IMG/VR virus record: IMGVR_UViG_3300030376_006489
DNA: 64,000 bases
Direction: 5' to 3' (one strand)
Origin: an uncultured virus (IMG/VR IMGVR_UViG_3300030376_006489)
Lineage: Duplodnaviria > Heunggongvirae > Uroviricota > Caudoviricetes
Numbering within the stretch: position 1 is the first letter of the stretch; each line of letters opens with the position of its first letter. Below are positions 63,301 through 64,000 of the stretch, one piece after another. The notes beneath the pieces were generated by a model that saw only the letters and a program-made list of their open reading frames with translations, did not search any database and was not told the DNA's origin. The translations under genes were made by a program, and so were the position numbers.

Positions 63301-64000
63301 CATATTAAATCTGGATCATATTTTACAGTTCTTGAAAAAAGAGATGCTCCAATTGATATATCTAGATCTAGATTAATTAATACAGGACCTGCATTTTTTG
63401 ATGTTAAAAAAGGAACATTAACATTAACAATGTTCCCATTTATTAATATGAAAGATTTAACAAAAGGAAAAAAGGGAAAAGTAAAAGGTAGAAAGATAAG
63501 TCTTACAAAACAATTAGATCAAAAACGTAAAAATGCTATAAACCAAATAGAAAAATTAGGAATTGAAACTGTAACAGTAGAAAGTAAAAGTGGAGAAGTA
63601 AAACTATTTAATTTACCAACACATCTTACTTTTATTGTTAAAGATAATGTTACAGGTAGACCAAAACAAATATTTGTAAAATTAGAAACAAGAATAGATC
63701 CAAGAGAAAAAGGAAGAGATCTTGATGTAGTTCATGATTTTAATGTTGATAAAGGAATGGTATTAGGACACACAGGTGTTTATAAAGTATATGAACCATT
63801 AGGGGCATATAATTCAACAGATATAGCAGGCGTGTTTGGTCCAAGATCTACACATGAGGATTTGGTAGAAATGATGGCAGAAAGAGATAATAGAGCAGAA
63901 GGAAAACAATGGTCACTTCAAGGAGACTTTGATGAATCAAAAATTCAAATAGATGATATTGATATGTCTAAAGTAAAAATGACTGAAGAAGGAGGTAGAT
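48316..64000 (+). CDS. Giant virion RNA polymerase polyprotein (3' end outside window)
   Basis: ATG at 48316 after an AAAAACCAAAACT leader. I saw no in-frame stop, and the ORF track lists no + ORF here, consistent with a frame running off the window (at least 5228 codons). Motifs: HEAFH zincin (55090), DEIKR (58564), TDGQ (58747), KKLVY...YLKMS, RIPSQDKHS (60025), catalytic GADMDIDK (DMDID 60142-60156), TAMTDNAK. Confidence 0.9.
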   Translation, partial: MAEELSQNTQNAPIESLPIGQDPNVLGNGPTVQITENLKMPQTEDLIQDVKMQGTGETTTPIINDYYKDIVDRTSKLELFDTSIFPPYNPPSLSKMGKVSGLDSVDPSGFDRNTDQGRNNSFSMSLQQGLQDKGVDPAPGYQEPFHFSERAFSMDRYHLHPNFADLGFNPLADNESIYQKSSSKSANWDRSWAAWSTTYYPAMTSQWRSWTDIKKGRPFDSDFVGARAFQDMMRTGGSGGQGGALSRKWWNDFFLQSSYTAGIVTSIAVEEFVMWAAISGLAYTGVGSGAAGLLAVPKALKTAKNLNRVRRLFNVGDTIALGSSYKRVMNTYKSAIKSLDEIKNAKSAWQGIRLTGVGLAKAGANFLAPETIYAMSRLRSRMKRGENITSLVKGAESLGGFYRDIRNINMALAESKMEAGGVEMTLRNNLYAQRREQLGLKDSSEELPQKVIDDIYKDAAGGGFKDLLINFPILWLSNKLVLGRITRGFKPFGELMDATLDGAMGRMQKNFMRPKDYAKAVGKGTVKEGFYDAGDYVFFNNIRKMIKAGAKGSVKHAAGVALKYGSMNIAEGVQEVLQESTALGLEQYYRDLYDQTSMADIEGQLALLNDAYDEGVRKSSRDWEEVGKLISEGWNQSDVFAKYAKEGMHELGTEQGVSVFLSGFMMGGLIQGPQQALTVGLPKAINWVWDRKAYNETDAATKKWVNAVAKADQKLYGNPLHFFDKNRFNLTLQKIITERMNMHTLGNNIREWMDDRDYADFEHIYTSISNGHYDSIVDNLEKISGLDDKTIKEFFRAPNGNAVKLRKRLKDMVNRAKQIKINMEAIDKKFPQNFNPNNYTAGTDKHTEESLSWLGVDQAQKYLVFAKDQMTAQLKRANSIMEALSKDPVVAKSDPKDVQLLTSQKTLNQEIEILRLEIKEPAETKEQIDRKKHKTEKLELLQKMQSILNDEKNVGAKGYFLKKNINKIKPTFLKYLNLIANKDDSYVNYENIDDTIFKIIDWGALKGHAGDFNQAIMVLSNPKRFYEIADRMRDIHEKVWEDMRDSNAIAARQYKNVENKKRNLLIARLAERGIHMDKTQFRPFMEKGTIPTMFYDKIGPVLPQGESSQLWLDIQELLTGFKEDLKKKKATTGEDVLESEESTTEEGFKDFADIDDIKLPTDKLEEEQTEQEKNLLAETAKRDEFYKTHPETQNLMKDIYQKEYVDKYDEQLDGPFLKYTFWKARKRQNGKGGKGILNARYELYKEYDKAEKEAKESTRTFDDFINSTNNRKLVQKTLNANDVTIDLVSRSKFDSPEFRENKLDKTEENEQARETVKQSKFPGIYILQTRTINSEGENIEYWQVVDKSKTDLSVRNRNLDKDNKRLNSNGVYFTFGQAEDAADFINQNNPVEPFTVKLFGETYRTGELLQKDGKYWLNRTTKKTYNNNGGLYLVPVKNVTEKTAKNAKAAFPKTKSKIQQWKKVDLSKEDKDVTELAVKKLPVKSPIMFYPFDGNMVKYGKFATGNQVNERGGEEVKTRFQDWLSNLNKGRRESLTLLVERNPAFESYEKQRKDDPKSLDSFDKYNTFSSSNENKELKVGQNEFEITLMDGKKPIAKLRNVGLVTLMDGKDTIKGSEITKEQAERLFDIKNENDYLYIRNRYISLEAINDQIRKKLANNKSIEIPLSDLNKTSLYLSPGTPMVRMQDPNSTTEKFIEADTKLDQLEYSDYNGKTVIADIYTVWEKGFPVQQVRWLIGPNATSKEQVKIQKEIKAIVKQAKGLSEQDHFHISDINLGRYVQFVKSANGTVTWFKLKSETLTDQRIQDIIKKVKERQAHTREKNYKGKEIKVDADKNINDAFNEDLQNNDVDGFYLQNKSGDELSFSINYEGKLQINYFNKGKSEGANAVGIQGRLNIFITPGEMGIVETIDEFIEMLNDKTQARQEYYEQAARKEGKKYNKVNLKFTRDSFANHIPQDTSVDQIKNLVTARINKKIRGNKGLYVKFDDPSIKQAIADRDTSISEEEITDGNITEDVEEIDITQGHVDAYYGTESGIEITNLAEFKESIDNQIIGKIKNGDTLEANEEFIWKVSLKNQYESENKTRGNNKGENSTSELGAAEKAHKIIQLNQKLKNRRIELRTELSNKIKEKNPNYSNKQINNEVDKLISENQELNDMSAEIQRLTNELNAANKIIRGGYSKSHEDDEETITKLEEFREYVRTIFPEDLITIEEYDQIFDSMINEGRYSVGTFATDLVSIGGNLEFRGRIFTSEKSPFKYHEAFHAVFRLFLNKEEQRKLLNQAKRGLKADLKKQDKTLKQEMILYRLDSELYKEMNDDVLLDRMAEEWLADQFETFKQNPRSSKASAEAKNWFTKLIEFIKRIFERLHKSDMQILFDKIDRGGFKNATIDENNLFTKDVKFGVPQVAFKLIREGQRIMTRPVKNDYGKIVDKPIIVNTYLPANVQNTLVATIADLYINKAENIEGEFVPQTILEDSVNEQIQLYNPSDEFFENMPFEQRSKIIDNVSDRYDALLQNREDITAAVKKYLEFFDINIGSKLETLNDLEFDLAANVKNVDQYDVASDEIGGIKSLSSAMRKFIATTTVEVTDEFGRTVRQPVDFVDAYNAMLKAVKNTTNPTQIIKKLSMFREHSVHGRAVIDKLFTKIGLDGLTEEDINAPGWTLPTNAKGHFTVSNPAFFQAAVKAFTQFRLDYLFAEVDPATGQINIFPANKKDDANSQIDKWSTAYTALYTDLVNNTNSAHDYAIATWNTLFNEMKRDAIKDTEVNETSEELSKEILEYTGINLNKGYIKYLILSSILNEKRTDKQKDYLDLYKVNDDITTEDVDQIIKALGVINTNTKKATPVLFDRITDSQLSIEGEGEISLDSEMGVKSRLQKLARGNAIFDETVGTTVFRTPDGKLKYAHQMPTYHMEKVEQLNTPEELNKMRRDPYYKDNFLLNSPKFNDIVNKGMLRIIRIAGHKHVMLQTNEEGDFVVSKALTINKQPGIAFGDSSGKDIMSQLLNVYFTNYQAKTGNVKSESYIDNEGNAGSYVIAPTDIRVIEASSTGDLVGLPIEKTVESKEGGSVLTDEYIDHMMNEIKIEYETITREYNERYQNGKFESGRIENYNTEEKGRWTKLNKSRELATKRTKEIASRVREKAPHLNTTQKATLKSGSSIILKTADGANRSNITVGEKVIAPMLIDKKSINYSFENKGERTAMDYIEDLDGLINRFGNAVSTEVKMKYSFTYGDEKTKYYTNDGMIWKFFNSLNKKEQTSYYIFEVKPVGETEIGLTEQDVKVYETDDLAAQRLEEYATTINPDTNTLYTFDEALAKVKKENIDLKSIMNDRLMSMYLEFETLVDELGMDSLNKAITEQLKTSTQEVTENTTKAMNQLFLLKNNKDHNLKQIFFNDYLNTKSFNQLLLGNTAMTLKDAIDEIKRAKMQNAAGPSAESIIIAPYEYDAEGNIIGGYGIDHPVKHISMVPITDPKRKDGSEKTDGQMYVTLKAFKYMWFGLGLSSKALDSLIRKIEKGQPISLQEYHGSKNRKSKGYKALNAILNSKKLVYGDGKTYLKMSAFVLTEELTSYKDANGIVHPKPGREDLHNLRLNMEAIDNAPNSETITLGVPLSASKMYKEKVISYEQASSPNQNLSENVMDLDAKYMKLQQVNPSNKNEKIAPRQIMTLIGSEQDDNIDVNIAGKKLKIGDIRRIYNEAASNTHLNKYLAKRNLIFNFQDSQDELQKSIDLGRVTMKLEAFKDFALGALQASQTKAQMYDIFEGDFELNTPMTWKQYQRLFLSYFTKDVFTQKEAGHTISLVSDWGYNIIRRALKVDKETGEVLESEIVRDDEWLENRDKEEYEVLNVPQKGKLYTSSLRHNVMEYNEDGTPGERYSEFLLPAHFAEMANIKIGDPIPDVLAKMFAVRIPSQDKHSAVNLKLVGFLPVFYGSSGMFAEEMVANSGADMDIDKVYAQIKEWYYDKTKGFVEYGNGIEGINNKSEKILYDEYRRYMKEESLKRGTSINLALRQYKTKDVKNNIIDSNKELIKTANEVWNDWNIWATKQKNGPQTIGWNELESRLQFAREKRYPVNKSTGEFYDVYSFVDVTKEILNGALFQLGLPYSPKTYKEFKEKHNGREPYTAPDNNILVDTKYILQGNPKMMNEDAKGNQTGIANEPAVVDPLIEVLNWMKQEIPAVRESLSEEGLDVDSLLGKIKAWINNHEGANNIGAVVLPNLVMNLLGEYNIKISDVKGVGQIVMNGVTYNSFSTAWAETSPGKFDKTKRTQFVISALITAMTDNAKERLAAYLGLNRDALAVVTNMTALGVPIKDSILMVNHPTLKELYFRFYNPRTEEDTKSIPAKLQEVLNAAPSEIKKRAEELPITTDALVNQIESFKYTKGRKETISGQSISAFQGYKGGYENKGKGTPQGDGKDKAMRETADTSITEIFDRTKESSSKTTEDQLPWDSNESINGIVMLARNGSLRGQDLDVRTKERIDEAFERGATFIVGDMAGVDSQFIDYLQKIGAKFTIYHTGKTPRINISSSEVSVEKRFELDAMEYKILQTFANAHNIKQYTGYVTNFLTISAGLGQSTQKFDERDLAFEKLGIGKSDVEFLKGIKQKDGTIKHYPIDVRSIFEGKALGKYKIVPWQSTIFKTYSELQKLLPKAFIWRTENFKTIKDLVINGLQSNKVTKDYEFKIQESILSYLTAKAYIRHLENTGQVHRLASLRNGLIYDEFADGKLTIKHVVNTLLNENPDNLFISKYVKLIETENNMNKDGINEVQANTWNKLNDSTIIEIQRALIELYTKDDATRRNVDHLINYLFVKDGMNFARNTYLSVIPVQILEEIFESVKPVHALFLDNNATSTHYEKVFGPGVTLNDLANEINDSILESSKNAFYLKQLRRKVIPQPGIKEFVRDETDTLIKEEDSVDRISSSIGTHAALEQGIISGMFTAKKLGQKDYTISIGENDTQYTIKEVIKLDNKKIKNKAALAKLSRLSGIQSEYISARYGNIDHIKSGSYFTVLEKRDAPIDISRSRLINTGPAFFDVKKGTLTLTMFPFINMKDLTKGKKGKVKGRKISLTKQLDQKRKNAINQIEKLGIETVTVESKSGEVKLFNLPTHLTFIVKDNVTGRPKQIFVKLETRIDPREKGRDLDVVHDFNVDKGMVLGHTGVYKVYEPLGAYNSTDIAGVFGPRSTHEDLVEMMAERDNRAEGKQWSLQGDFDESKIQIDDIDMSKVKMTEEGGR

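Noticed and set aside
48305..64000. Apparent 15.7-kb gene desert in the ORF track
   Set aside because: Artefact: a single open frame runs off the window end, so it was not called.
19779..64000. Inteins or introns explaining the very large ORFs
   Set aside because: No intein C/S...HN-C/S/T splice motifs, LAGLIDADG/HNH motifs or frame interruptions were recognised by eye.
1..64000. tRNA, rRNA, CRISPR array, integrase/transposase
   Set aside because: Intergenic gaps are short (about 130 bp or less) and none shows a cloverleaf or repeat-spacer pattern; no recombinase motifs were seen.

Overview
This window is the virion-structure and virion-cargo module of a large, AT-rich, podovirus-type phage, most likely crAss-like (Crassvirales or a close relative) infecting Bacteroidota. 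All real genes lie on the + strand and read in the standard genetic code. Gene order: portal (5'-truncated), acidic scaffold-like protein, major capsid protein, head/neck and auxiliary capsid proteins, Cys-rich tail hub/fibre genes (including a tandem paralog pair), a calcineurin-like phosphoesterase, an IHF/HU-like protein, ring/tail-tube proteins, a 2861-aa tail stabilisation (muzzle) protein with two inserted vWA-like domains, and four large cargo/ejection proteins. The window ends in a giant ORF (48316 to beyond 64000, at least 5228 codons, absent from the supplied ORF track) carrying a zincin motif and a virion RNA polymerase with the catalytic DMDID motif. The most striking unexplained signal is in the cargo proteins (28364-44606). 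About 20 short 'x-x-x-G-G-E'-like motifs punctuate them, and in the 2934-aa protein they delimit modules holding two zincins, a lytic transglycosylase and a putative clan-CD (caspase/CPD-like) His-Cys protease, some preceded by TonB-box-like 'LDEVTV' peptides and hydrophobic segments. This suggests an injected, possibly self-processing multi-effector polyprotein. A conserved TTWGTATATTA-type intergenic motif (candidate late promoter) recurs 8 times. All family assignments come from motif recognition and gene order only; no database searches were run.
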